From Coriobacteriales bacterium (GTDB taxonomy: Bacteria > Actinomycetota > Coriobacteriia > Coriobacteriales > Atopobiaceae), in assembly GCA_030533135.1 (NCBI GenBank), contig JAUNJR010000002.1, positions 1 to 43,925 of the forward strand: DNA of 43,925 nt, written 5' to 3'. The notes beneath the pieces are model-generated. The model was not told the origin of the DNA and searched no databases. It worked only from the letters and a program-made list of their open reading frames with translations. This document shows positions 26,418-35,282 of the stretch, piece after piece (the stretch's first letter is position 1; each line of letters starts with the position of its first letter). The translations under genes were made by a program, and so were the position numbers.

Positions 26418-28219
26418 TGGGCATTCTCATTGGTTGTGAGCTGGTAAGCCACGAATGGCCTGGAAAGCATGTACTGGTTGACCAGTCCTTTGGCGTAAAC
26501 GAAGGCGATCGGATTGGCGTCGTTGGCCGCAATGGCGACGGCAAATCGACGCTGCTCCGCATCCTTTCCGGTGAGCTGGAGCCTGACCAGGGAAGCATCA
26601 TCTATCGCGGTGGCATCACCGTGGGGATACTTGGCCAGGATGACTCGTTCTCTGACGACGAGACCGTAGCACATGCCGTAGTTGGAGACACGCCTGAATA
26701 CGTCTGGGCCTCAGATGCCACGAAGCGAGGCATTATCGAACGACTCGTCGGGGATGTGCCCTGGGGTGCCCGCATCGGTGATCTTTCGGGTGGACAGCGC
26801 CGTCGCTGCGACCTAGCGCGTGTTTTGGTCGGCTCATGGGACGTCCTGCTCATGGACGAGCCCACCAACCATCTCGACCTCTCCGCCATCACCTGGCTTG
26901 CCGCGCACCTCAAGAATCGTTTTCCGCCAGAAACGGGTGCCCTGCTTCTCGTCACCCATGACCGCTGGTTCCTCGATGAGGTATGCCTCAACATGTGGGA
27001 AGTCCATGACGGTGTGATCGACCCCTTTGAGGGCGGCTTTTCTGCGTATATCCAGCAGCGTGTCGAACGAGACCGGCAGGCTGCGGTTATTGAGGAGCGC
27101 CGGCAGAACACGCTTCGTAAGGAGCTGAACTGGCTTGCGCATGGCGCGCAAGCACGGACGAGCAAGCCGCGTTTTCGCGTGGAGGCGGCCCGCGCCCTCC
27201 TAGCTGATGATCCACCACTTCGAAATCCCATCGAGCTGAAGCGCATGGCAGTCAGCCGTTTGGGCAAACAGGTCATCGAGATGAAAGAAGTCTCGGTCCG
27301 CTATGGCTCCGATGAGGTGCTCAGCGACATCTCATGGCTCATTGGACCAGGCGATCGCTATGGCATTCTGGGCGAAAACGGCGCGGGCAAGTCCACGCTT
27401 CTTCGTGTGATGACCGGCAGGCAGCTCCCGACACGAGGTACGGTCAAGATCGGCAAATCCGTAAAGTTTGGCTTCATGTCGCAGCAGCTTGATGCGCTTG
27501 GCGAGAAGGACGACTGGCGTGTCTCCGAGTTGCTGGGTACCTTCAAGCGCAGGTATGTGGTCGATGGTAAGGAGCAGTCACCCGAGCAGCTGTTGGAACG
27601 GATGGGCTTCGAACGTCGCGACTTCCCCACATTCATCAAGTCACTTTCTGGAGGTCAAAGACGTCGTCTAGCGCTCATGTGCGTGCTCATGAGCGAACCC
27701 AATGTGCTGGTGCTTGACGAGCCCGGCAACGACCTTGACACCGACATGCTGGCAGTCATGGAGGACCTGCTTGACACCTGGCCAGGAACGCTCCTCCTCG
27801 TCAGCCACGACCGCTACCTGATGGAGCGCGTAACGGACGACCAATTCGCGCTCATCGATGGGCATTTACGCCATGTTCCGGGCGGTGTTGATGAATACTT
27901 GAGGCTTCTTGAAGCTCAAGGTTCAAGGTTACCTTCAAAACCTCAACTAAGTTTCAACAATGTTGAAAAACCCTCAAGTAGGTTGACAAATATCGAGCGG
28001 CGTGAGGCCAAGAAGCGCTTTGACGCAATCTCAAGGAAGCTCGACAAACTCTCAAGTGAGCCAGATCGACTCCGAAAAGAGCTGGCGGAAACAAATGCCT
28101 CAGATTACGAAGCACTTCTTGCCAAGCAGGCCGAGATTGATGCAATGGACCAAGAGATTGCCCTGCTTGAGGAGGAGTGGCTCGAACTCTCGGAGCGACT
28201 CGAAGAATCTGCGGTCTAG
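26417..28219 (+). CDS. ABC-F family ATPase (second paralogue)
   Basis: GRNGDGKST and GENGAGKST Walker A, LSGGQRRR signature twice, [11 protein letters not shown] and VLVLDEPGNDLD Walker B. No transmembrane segments and a C-terminal coiled coil. The GTG start overlaps the nfo stop. Confidence 0.9.
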   Translation: MGILIGCELVSHEWPGKHVLVDQSFGVNEGDRIGVVGRNGDGKSTLLRILSGELEPDQGSIIYRGGITVGILGQDDSFSDDETVAHAVVGDTPEYVWASDATKRGIIERLVGDVPWGARIGDLSGGQRRRCDLARVLVGSWDVLLMDEPTNHLDLSAITWLAAHLKNRFPPETGALLLVTHDRWFLDEVCLNMWEVHDGVIDPFEGGFSAYIQQRVERDRQAAVIEERRQNTLRKELNWLAHGAQARTSKPRFRVEAARALLADDPPLRNPIELKRMAVSRLGKQVIEMKEVSVRYGSDEVLSDISWLIGPGDRYGILGENGAGKSTLLRVMTGRQLPTRGTVKIGKSVKFGFMSQQLDALGEKDDWRVSELLGTFKRRYVVDGKEQSPEQLLERMGFERRDFPTFIKSLSGGQRRRLALMCVLMSEPNVLVLDEPGNDLDTDMLAVMEDLLDTWPGTLLLVSHDRYLMERVTDDQFALIDGHLRHVPGGVDEYLRLLEAQGSRLPSKPQLSFNNVEKPSSRLTNIERREAKKRFDAISRKLDKLSSEPDRLRKELAETNASDYEALLAKQAEIDAMDQEIALLEEEWLELSERLEESAV

Positions 28220-28249
28220 GGGATGGGTCGTAAGCCGGCGTCCTTCGGC

Positions 28250-29620
28250 TTACGAATCCTCCTTCGGGAAATGTACCGTGAAGCGCGTGCCAACACCTTC
28301 ACGCGAAAGAACCTCGATGTTTCCTCCGTGTGCGTCAACGATCCACTTGGCAATCGACAGACCAAGACCCGTCCCGCCCGAATTCTCGACGCGCGCGCTA
28401 TCAGAACGGTAGAAGCGTTCAAAGACATGGCCAGCATCTTCTTCACTCATGCCGATGCCTTCGTCCTGCACGCTGAAGGAGACATCATGCGCGGTCGCAG
28501 ATGCGCCAAGCGTGATGGTCGAACCCTCAGGAGAGTACTTCTGCGCGTTCTGCACGATTACGCGTAGCACCTGCTTGACCATGGCCAGGTCTCCAGAGAA
28601 CTGGTAACGCGCGTCCTCGGCGTCCTGCTCGCTCACCTTGCAGACGTAACGATGGCTTTCGTCAATCATGCAGGACTCATCCCACACCTCGCAGACGATC
28701 TCTGCCATGTTTACGTCGCTGCGTTGCAGGGTGTTTCGACCAGAGTCTCCTCGTGCAAGGAACAGCAGCTGCTCAACGAGCTCCTGCATGTGCTCAGACT
28801 CAGCCTTCAGGGCCTCGATGGACTCGTGCAACACCTCTTCGTCTGTCGAACCCCAACGGTCCAGCATATTTACGTAGCCCTGGATAACGGCAATAGGTGT
28901 GCGAAGCTCGTGGCTTGCGTCGGAAACGAAACGCATCTGCTGAAGCTTTGCCTCTTGCATCTGACGGAGCAACCCGTTCAGGGCAACTTCGATTGAGCGT
29001 AGGTCCTGATCGCCCGTCGTGATGGTAGGGGAGTCAACCGAGGCTCGCGCGATGGCTTGCTCGAGCGTCGCCATCTTCGAGGCGTCGTCAGGGGAGACCA
29101 TGGGGTCAACGACACCGGCCATGCCAATAGCGTCTGCAAGGACCGCAAGATCGTTCAGAGGCTGAAGCTGACGACGTACGCGACGCGTGTCCGAGAAGAA
29201 ATCGAGCAGGTCAAGGACCTGGTAAACAGCGGATGCGATAAGCAGTGGACCGATGCTCTGTACAAAGGGGGCAATCGCAAAGGAGTATGTGATGCCGTCC
29301 CCACCTTGAATCTGGTAGCTCCAGTTTACGAAGTCCCCCATGCTTCCGACAAATCTGATGTTTCGTGGATCGATGACGCTTATGCCGTGGGACCCGTAGG
29401 TGATGCCGTCCAGCGCAGCCGTCGGCAGCCCCTCCGCGCAATGCCACGTGAAGCATGCAGCGAGGATCGTGATCAGGAGCACATCAAAGCAGAGCCATGA
29501 CAGGACTTTTCTCCACCAAAAGCTCCACGTGATGGAGCGCGCAATCGACGCCGTGGGACGCGACCTGAGTGCGGGACGCGCGCTTTGAACTCGCGTGACG
29601 CTATCCCTCTCGGATGACAT
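28250..29620 (-). CDS. Two-component sensor histidine kinase
   Basis: Two N-terminal transmembrane helices, an H-box FVSDASHELRTPIA, an N-box QNAQKYSP, and G-boxes DEGIGM and GTGLGLSI. Confidence 0.9.
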   Translation of the reverse strand: MSSERDSVTRVQSARPALRSRPTASIARSITWSFWWRKVLSWLCFDVLLITILAACFTWHCAEGLPTAALDGITYGSHGISVIDPRNIRFVGSMGDFVNWSYQIQGGDGITYSFAIAPFVQSIGPLLIASAVYQVLDLLDFFSDTRRVRRQLQPLNDLAVLADAIGMAGVVDPMVSPDDASKMATLEQAIARASVDSPTITTGDQDLRSIEVALNGLLRQMQEAKLQQMRFVSDASHELRTPIAVIQGYVNMLDRWGSTDEEVLHESIEALKAESEHMQELVEQLLFLARGDSGRNTLQRSDVNMAEIVCEVWDESCMIDESHRYVCKVSEQDAEDARYQFSGDLAMVKQVLRVIVQNAQKYSPEGSTITLGASATAHDVSFSVQDEGIGMSEEDAGHVFERFYRSDSARVENSGGTGLGLSIAKWIVDAHGGNIEVLSREGVGTRFTVHFPKEDS

Positions 29621-30323
29621 AGCCCACTCCTCTCACGGTGGTGATGAGCTTGATGTTGTAGCGATCATCAATCTTTGAGCGAAGGTGGCGGATGTAGACG
29701 TCGATGATGTTGGTCTCGCCCACGAAGTCGTATCCGCAGGCCAGCTGTGCCAGGCGCTCCCGTGTCATGACGATGTTGAGATTCTCCATCAGGGCCTTGA
29801 GCACCTCGAACTCGCGATTGGTCAGCTCCACCGGCTCACCTTGAGCCATAACCTCATGGCGCTCAACATCGAGCGTCACACCCTTTGCCTGCAGGATATG
29901 GCGATTCGGATCAAGCTCCTCCGACACGGCAGCGCTCTCGGATGCATTAGCCGCAGCGTTGGCCTCGCGGCGCTTCAGTGCCACGCGGATGCGCGCCAAG
30001 AGCTCTTCGATGGCAAATGGCTTGGTGATGTAGTCGTCCGCACCCGCGTCAAGCCCCGCAACCTTGTCCATCACCGCGTCGCGCGCCGTCAGGAGGATGA
30101 CGGGCACGTCCTTCTCGCGACGGATGCGGCGAAGCACCTCCATGCCGTTGAGCTGGGGAAGCAAGATATCAAGGAGTATCAGGTCATAGTCATGGGAAAG
30201 GGCCGCATCGACGGCGGCCCGGCCATTATCGACCTTGTCAACCTCATAGCCCTCGTGCATGAGTTCAAGCTCGACGAAGCGCGCAATCTTTGGCTCGTCC
30301 TCTACCACCAGAATCTTCGCCAT
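29601..30323 (-). CDS. OmpR-family response regulator
   Basis: Receiver domain (KILVVEDE, DLILLDILLP, LTAR..) and winged-helix output domain (LTNREFEVLKAL..., RGVGYVI). It overlaps the kinase start by 20 nt. Confidence 0.93.
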   Translation of the reverse strand: MAKILVVEDEPKIARFVELELMHEGYEVDKVDNGRAAVDAALSHDYDLILLDILLPQLNGMEVLRRIRREKDVPVILLTARDAVMDKVAGLDAGADDYITKPFAIEELLARIRVALKRREANAAANASESAAVSEELDPNRHILQAKGVTLDVERHEVMAQGEPVELTNREFEVLKALMENLNIVMTRERLAQLACGYDFVGETNIIDVYIRHLRSKIDDRYNIKLITTVRGVGYVIREG

Positions 30324-30337
30324 GAGGTCCTCCTTGT

Positions 30338-30366
30338 AAGAAAAGGGCCCGGTTTGAGCCGGGCCC
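30338..30366 (-). terminator. Hairpin plus T-tract between the UBA-like membrane protein gene and the response regulator RBS
   Basis: On the minus strand, GGGCCCGG-CTCAAA-CCGGGCCC is followed by TTTTCTT, and the AAGGAGG RBS of the regulator follows immediately. Confidence 0.6.
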
Positions 30367-30380
30367 AGCTCTATAGTGAG

Positions 30381-30947
30381 CTATTCGTTCGTTTCGTTGT
30401 CCTTGGTAAAGTCGCGCTTGATGCTCTCAGCCATGCCAGCAGCCTTGTCCATGGCATCGTTGACGTCAAACGTCACAGGGCTGGCACCCTCAATGCGGTA
30501 ACGGAACCCGAAGAAGAGGCCGATGATGAGCAGCCACAGGGAGGCGCCCCAGGCCAAAAGACCAATGATGACCAGAATGAGGGGCAGCGCCACTACGCGG
30601 TCACCGTGGCGCTCGGCAATGAAGGTCATGTCGAAGCCCGACCTGATGATGCTGCGTGCCTGATGACGGAACTTATCCCACGTCTCACCAAACTTGGTCT
30701 TGCGGCTCTGCTCGCGGTACTCGGTCTGCGCCTGCTCCATCTCGGGGGAGACGGGACCGGCCTGGCCAGCCGTCGTGGCATAGCGAGCGGTCTTAGGCAT
30801 ATCAACCTTGCCAGCACGCTCAAGCCACACGATTGCGTCCAGCACATCGTAGTCGCAAGCCTCGAGTGCGTTGCGGGCCTCTTCAAAGGTGACACCGGCC
30901 TTCTCGCGTACGAGTTCGACCTTCTCAAGCTTCTCCATGATCTGCAT
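30381..30947 (-). CDS. Membrane protein with N-terminal UBA/EF-Ts-N-like domain (DUF4342-like); start at 30947 or 30938
   Basis: LVREKAGVTFEEARNALEACDYDVLDAIVWLE resembles the UBA-like N-terminus of DUF4342 proteins. A hydrophobic hairpin follows (VVALPLILVIIGLLAWGASLWLLIIGLFFGF). The listed longer ORF starts with TTG. Confidence 0.55.
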   Translation of the reverse strand: MQIMEKLEKVELVREKAGVTFEEARNALEACDYDVLDAIVWLERAGKVDMPKTARYATTAGQAGPVSPEMEQAQTEYREQSRKTKFGETWDKFRHQARSIIRSGFDMTFIAERHGDRVVALPLILVIIGLLAWGASLWLLIIGLFFGFRYRIEGASPVTFDVNDAMDKAAGMAESIKRDFTKDNETNE

Positions 30948-31008
30948 CCTTTCTGGTTGCTCTGGCGCGTTTTCGTCTTCGCCATCTGACAATCCGTATG
31001 ATGCCGTT

Positions 31009-31040
31009 CAAAGATTAACCCTTCTTAGGGCAAAGATTAA
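31009..31040. promoter_or_regulatory. Pair of perfect 10-nt AT-rich direct repeats CAAAGATTAA spaced 22 bp (candidate response-regulator or promoter element)
   Basis: Copies at 31009-31018 and 31031-31040 lie in the divergent intergenic region next to the two-component operon. The function is inferred only. Confidence 0.3.
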
Positions 31041-31147
31041 TCTTGGATGAGTCTTTCTTCGAAACTGAAATACCCACAGTGGGAGCGATAGCGCCATCAT
31101 TGCCGTATCATATGGCTGTTTGTGTTTCTGATGTCTCGGGAGTACCC

Positions 31148-32248
31148 ATGTCCTTTCTTATGCCCTCATATCGCGAGCCCGACTTTGCCTGTGAATCTCT
31201 TGCTAGCGCTCCAAATGCACAGTTTGTCAAAGTGACGCGCGATGGCGTTGCGCCGAGGGGCTTCCACTCGACTTCGATGCATCCCGAGTACTACAAGGTC
31301 AATGGCTCTTGGGTGCTTGCCGAGCACATGATGATGGATGACGTGGTTCGCCTTGAGGCCGATGGCTCATTGACCGTGCTTCCCGCGCGCGACCTTCACG
31401 CGGGCGATCTCGTGGCAGTGGGTCGCTATGAGCGAGGTGAGGAGGGCATCCTCGTTTGGTCTGACGGGTTTGCGCCGTCTGGCAAGGCAGTAGAGGACCA
31501 GTTTTCCTTCCGGCAAGGCCGTAGCCGCGAGACCTCATATGCGCGTGATTATGACCAGCTGGTCGAGCTCCTCCAGTACGAGCGCGAGCACGGCAACATC
31601 CTTTGGGTTGCTGGTCCTGCGTTTACCTTTGATGCCGAGGCGCGCAATGCCATGAGCGCCATTATCAATGCTGGCTATGCGCATGGCCTCATGGGCGGAA
31701 ACGCCCTTGCCACGCATGACCTCGAGGGCGCGCTGCTGCACACGGCGCTCGGTCAGGACATCTATACGCAGGTCTCGCAGCCTGGTGGGCACTACAACCA
31801 TATGGACGTCATCAACGAGGTGCGCCTTTCTGGCTCTATCAGGCAGTTCATCACGGACAACGACCTCAACGATGGCATCATGTGCGCGCTCGAACGTCGC
31901 GGTATACCGTACGTGTTGGCTGGTTCCATCCGCGATGACGGTCCTCTGCCCGAGGTCATCGGCGACGCCTATGACGCGCAGGATGCCATGCATGGCCTCA
32001 TAAAGAATGCGACCACGATCATCTGCATGGCCACGATGCTTCACTCGATCGCGACGGGCAACATGGCTCCTTCGTACCACGTGCTTGAGGACGGAAGCGT
32101 CCGCCCGGTCCTGTTCTACGCCGTTGATGCAACGGAATTTGCCGTCAACAAGCTGCGCGACCGCGGATCGCTTTCTGCGACGACCATTGTCGCCAACGCG
32201 CATGACTTCATCACGCGCCTTGCACGGGGACTTGGCCTCAGCTGGTAA
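31148..32248 (+). CDS. LOR/SDH-like (TIGR00300-type, ornithine-cyclodeaminase-like) protein; start uncertain (31148 ATG with GGGAG RBS; 31112 ATG; 31043 TTG)
   Basis: The C-terminal two thirds match my recollection of the TIGR00300 / LOR-SDH conserved region: GGNALATHDLEGAL, GHYNHMDVINEVR, LAGSIRDDGPLPEVI, MLHSIATGNM and VNKLRDRGS. Confidence 0.55.
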   Translation: MSFLMPSYREPDFACESLASAPNAQFVKVTRDGVAPRGFHSTSMHPEYYKVNGSWVLAEHMMMDDVVRLEADGSLTVLPARDLHAGDLVAVGRYERGEEGILVWSDGFAPSGKAVEDQFSFRQGRSRETSYARDYDQLVELLQYEREHGNILWVAGPAFTFDAEARNAMSAIINAGYAHGLMGGNALATHDLEGALLHTALGQDIYTQVSQPGGHYNHMDVINEVRLSGSIRQFITDNDLNDGIMCALERRGIPYVLAGSIRDDGPLPEVIGDAYDAQDAMHGLIKNATTIICMATMLHSIATGNMAPSYHVLEDGSVRPVLFYAVDATEFAVNKLRDRGSLSATTIVANAHDFITRLARGLGLSW

Positions 32249-32254
32249 CCGTGG

Positions 32255-33394
32255 TTATGGCAAGTCGCTCGTCGACTTGCCATAGTAAGGCTGAAGCTCA
32301 CCCTTCTCAGTGAAATCAAAGGCTAGGCCATCTTCTGCGCAGAGACAGCTACCAAACGTCCCCCTGTCCTTCCAAATAAGGTGTTGTCCAGCCTCCGTGG
32401 CCGCCACCCAATTCCAGTCATGCGACGTGACGGGAGAAGCTTGGTCCGCATAGATCCAGCAATGATGGTTCACGGAGTCATTGCGGAAGTACACGACGTA
32501 TGAGTCATCATTTTCGACGATAACGATGTCATGATCGAAATCGACAACCGCGCTACCGACCTCCTTTATCTCACCCTTATAGCCAATCTCTTGCTCGAGA
32601 TAGGAGTCGCGGTACCTGATACGAAATGGCGCGGCATCTCCCCACGAAAAATGCTCAAGGTAGTAGTGGTCATAGAGGGCATCAATTGATGTGCTCGCGT
32701 TCCTCAGACCAAGTGATTCGTACGAGAGGCCCGCTCGATCACGAATAGCAATGAGTTCCTCGAACGTGAACGCTGTCAAGTTCACGTTATCGCCAGGACG
32801 GACGTAGCAGTTGCAGGCCACCTTGCAACGAGATGAAGGGTCACGAAGCCACGCATCGACATCGTTCACCCCAGCTGGCAGCAGGTAATCAAAGTGCAGG
32901 TATTCGGTAGGCGCCTCACGCGACGATCCCTCTACGAGGAAGGGAACCAGCAGCTCAGCTCTCGGGGCCTCAACTTCCGTATCCGTAGGCAGTCCGAGTG
33001 CCTCGACCAGGTAGCTCGCAATCGCACCGTCAAGCGAGTTGTCCGTATCCTCCAGATAAACGTCCTTGCTAACCACGTTTAGAGCAAAGCGGTACTCAGC
33101 GCCATCGTCGAGATACGTCCCCTCAACATAGTCCGTGAGGTATGACGGACCACTGGGATATACAAAGAGAACGTTATCGCTGGACGTGATGGCCGTCCCC
33201 GGCTTGTTCTCGTCAAGCCAATCCCGCATGAGCTGGGTTCCCTCCTCAAGCGTCGCCGCCGCATCGGCATCGTCGTAACGCTGTCGTGGCATGAATGCCA
33301 GATACACCACCAGACCAAGAATCAAGGCAAGACACAGCAGGATGACTACGAGCACTGCAACCAAGCAGGTAATAATCGTCTTTTTGCGAACCAT
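32255..33394 (-). CDS. Hypothetical membrane-anchored protein (N-terminal transmembrane helix, ~340-aa extracytoplasmic region)
   Basis: The ATG at 33394 has a GAAGGGGA RBS. The sequence MVRKKTIITCLVAVLVVILLCLALILGLVVYLAF forms the anchor. No family recognised. Confidence 0.6.
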   Translation of the reverse strand: MVRKKTIITCLVAVLVVILLCLALILGLVVYLAFMPRQRYDDADAAATLEEGTQLMRDWLDENKPGTAITSSDNVLFVYPSGPSYLTDYVEGTYLDDGAEYRFALNVVSKDVYLEDTDNSLDGAIASYLVEALGLPTDTEVEAPRAELLVPFLVEGSSREAPTEYLHFDYLLPAGVNDVDAWLRDPSSRCKVACNCYVRPGDNVNLTAFTFEELIAIRDRAGLSYESLGLRNASTSIDALYDHYYLEHFSWGDAAPFRIRYRDSYLEQEIGYKGEIKEVGSAVVDFDHDIVIVENDDSYVVYFRNDSVNHHCWIYADQASPVTSHDWNWVAATEAGQHLIWKDRGTFGSCLCAEDGLAFDFTEKGELQPYYGKSTSDLP

Positions 33395-33536
33395 GGAATC
33401 CCCTTCATGGAAGGATGACATGCCTGTTTATCAAGTGAGGACACCAAATAGTATGCCTTAACGCTCATGGTACCGTAACGCCCACACGGTCTGATACGAT
33501 AAGGAGGTCAAAGGGGCACATATCGGTAGGAACACT

Positions 33537-35282
33537 ATGGTTGAACTGCTCAAACGCTTTCTTGGTCCGTATCGTTGGCGTGCGATCGTGGGAGTCGTCG
33601 CAAAGTCAGTAGAGGTCGTCTTCGACCTCTTCACGCCGCTTATCGTTGCGCGAATGATTGATATTGGTGTTGGCGGTCACGACACCGGTGCCGTCTTGCG
33701 CTACGGCCTGCTCCTCATGGCCCTCGCGTTTGTCGGATATGGCTTCACGCTCATATGCCAACACCATGCGGCAATCGTGAGCCAAGGCATGGGCACCGAC
33801 GTGCGCGAGGCGCTCTTTGACAAGGTCAACGAGCTTTCTGCGGCCGAGCTTGACCAGCTTGGCACCGCATCGCTGGTTACGCGCGTCACCAGCGACGTCA
33901 ACCAGCTACAGGTTGCCGTTGCCTTGGCGATTCGCCAAGGCATCAGGTGGCCCGTTCTTGCCATCGGGTCGATGATTGCCGCCCTTCTCATCGACATCCG
34001 CCTCGGTCTGGTGTTCCTCATCTGCACTCCTGCTATTGCCTGGGTCTTTTGGGCTGTCATGAGCCGATCGGTCCCGCTCTTTCGCACCATTCAGGGAAGT
34101 CTTGATGGGCTCACTCGCGTTACCAGCGAGAACCTCAGTGGTGCTCGCGTCATCCGCGCGTTTCGTCGCGAAGATACTGAGGAAGAACGCTTCCGAGGAT
34201 TCGCTCAGGCGCAAACCGCAGGGTCCATCACCGTCGGTCAGCTTTCGGCCTTCCTGAACCCCTCGACCTTTTTGATTCTGAATCTGGGTATCGTCGTCAT
34301 CCTCTGGAGTGGAGCCCTGCGCGTTGACGCCGGCGGCCTCACGCAGGGTCAGGTCGTTGCCTTCGTCAACTACATGACGCAGACCCTTCTTGCCATCGTG
34401 TATGTGGCAAACCTCGTGGTCACCTTTACGCGCGGAGCAGCGTCGGCAACACGCGTGATGGATGTCCTCGCCATCCAACCGAAGGTTCAAGACCATGCTG
34501 AAGGCAGGGTTGAACTTCCCTCAAAACAACCTTCAAGTATCCCTGCAGTAACCCTCAACGATGTCTCTTTTTCGTACGCTGACGACGCTCAGGATGCTCT
34601 ACACAACGTGAGCCTCACCCTCAACCAGGGTCAGAAGCTGGGCATAATCGGCGGAACAGGTTCAGGCAAGTCTACGTTAGCCAGTCTGCTCGTCAGACTC
34701 TATGATCCGCAATCGGGCACTATCGAGCTCTTTGGACACGACTTGAAGTCATATCCCCTCGAACAGCTCCGCAACCTCATCGCACTCGTTCCACAGAAAG
34801 CTTCGCTGGTATCGGGTACCATTCGGTCAAATCTTTGTTGGCGTAACCCCAATGCAACTGACGATGAGCTCTGGGAAGCCTTGCGCATTGCGCAGGCTGA
34901 CTCGTTCGTACACGAAAAGTCCCTTGGTCTCGATGAGCCAGTCGAGGCAGGTGGAAAGAACTTCTCTGGAGGCCAGCGTCAGCGTCTAACCATTGCCCGC
35001 GCATTGGTTGGCAGCCCACACGTGCTTGTCTTAGATGACTCCGCCTCCGCCCTTGATATGGCCACCGACGCAAAGCTCCGCATGGCCTTATCCGAGCTGC
35101 CCAACATCACTTCAATTACCATCTCACAGAGGATCTCGGCCATCATGGACTGCGATCTCATCTTGGTGCTGTACCACGGAAAGATGGCAGGAATCGGAAC
35201 GCATCAACAACTGCTTCAAACCTGCCAGCTCTACCGTGAGATTGCCCAATCCCAGCTGGTGGGAGAGGGGGTGGCTGCATAA
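33537..35282 (+). CDS. ABC exporter, fused permease/ATPase subunit 1 of a heterodimer
   Basis: Six-helix transmembrane domain followed by an NBD with GGTGSGKST, FSGGQRQR and VLVLDDSASALD. Confidence 0.9.
   Translation: MVELLKRFLGPYRWRAIVGVVAKSVEVVFDLFTPLIVARMIDIGVGGHDTGAVLRYGLLLMALAFVGYGFTLICQHHAAIVSQGMGTDVREALFDKVNELSAAELDQLGTASLVTRVTSDVNQLQVAVALAIRQGIRWPVLAIGSMIAALLIDIRLGLVFLICTPAIAWVFWAVMSRSVPLFRTIQGSLDGLTRVTSENLSGARVIRAFRREDTEEERFRGFAQAQTAGSITVGQLSAFLNPSTFLILNLGIVVILWSGALRVDAGGLTQGQVVAFVNYMTQTLLAIVYVANLVVTFTRGAASATRVMDVLAIQPKVQDHAEGRVELPSKQPSSIPAVTLNDVSFSYADDAQDALHNVSLTLNQGQKLGIIGGTGSGKSTLASLLVRLYDPQSGTIELFGHDLKSYPLEQLRNLIALVPQKASLVSGTIRSNLCWRNPNATDDELWEALRIAQADSFVHEKSLGLDEPVEAGGKNFSGGQRQRLTIARALVGSPHVLVLDDSASALDMATDAKLRMALSELPNITSITISQRISAIMDCDLILVLYHGKMAGIGTHQQLLQTCQLYREIAQSQLVGEGVAA

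Noticed and set aside
4668-28219. The two ABC-F paralogues as antibiotic-resistance (ARE) determinants.
   Set aside because: Inter-cassette linker lengths look ordinary, and both genes sit in housekeeping contexts. Only the weak leader uORF of the first one hints at regulation, and that is reported separately at low interest.
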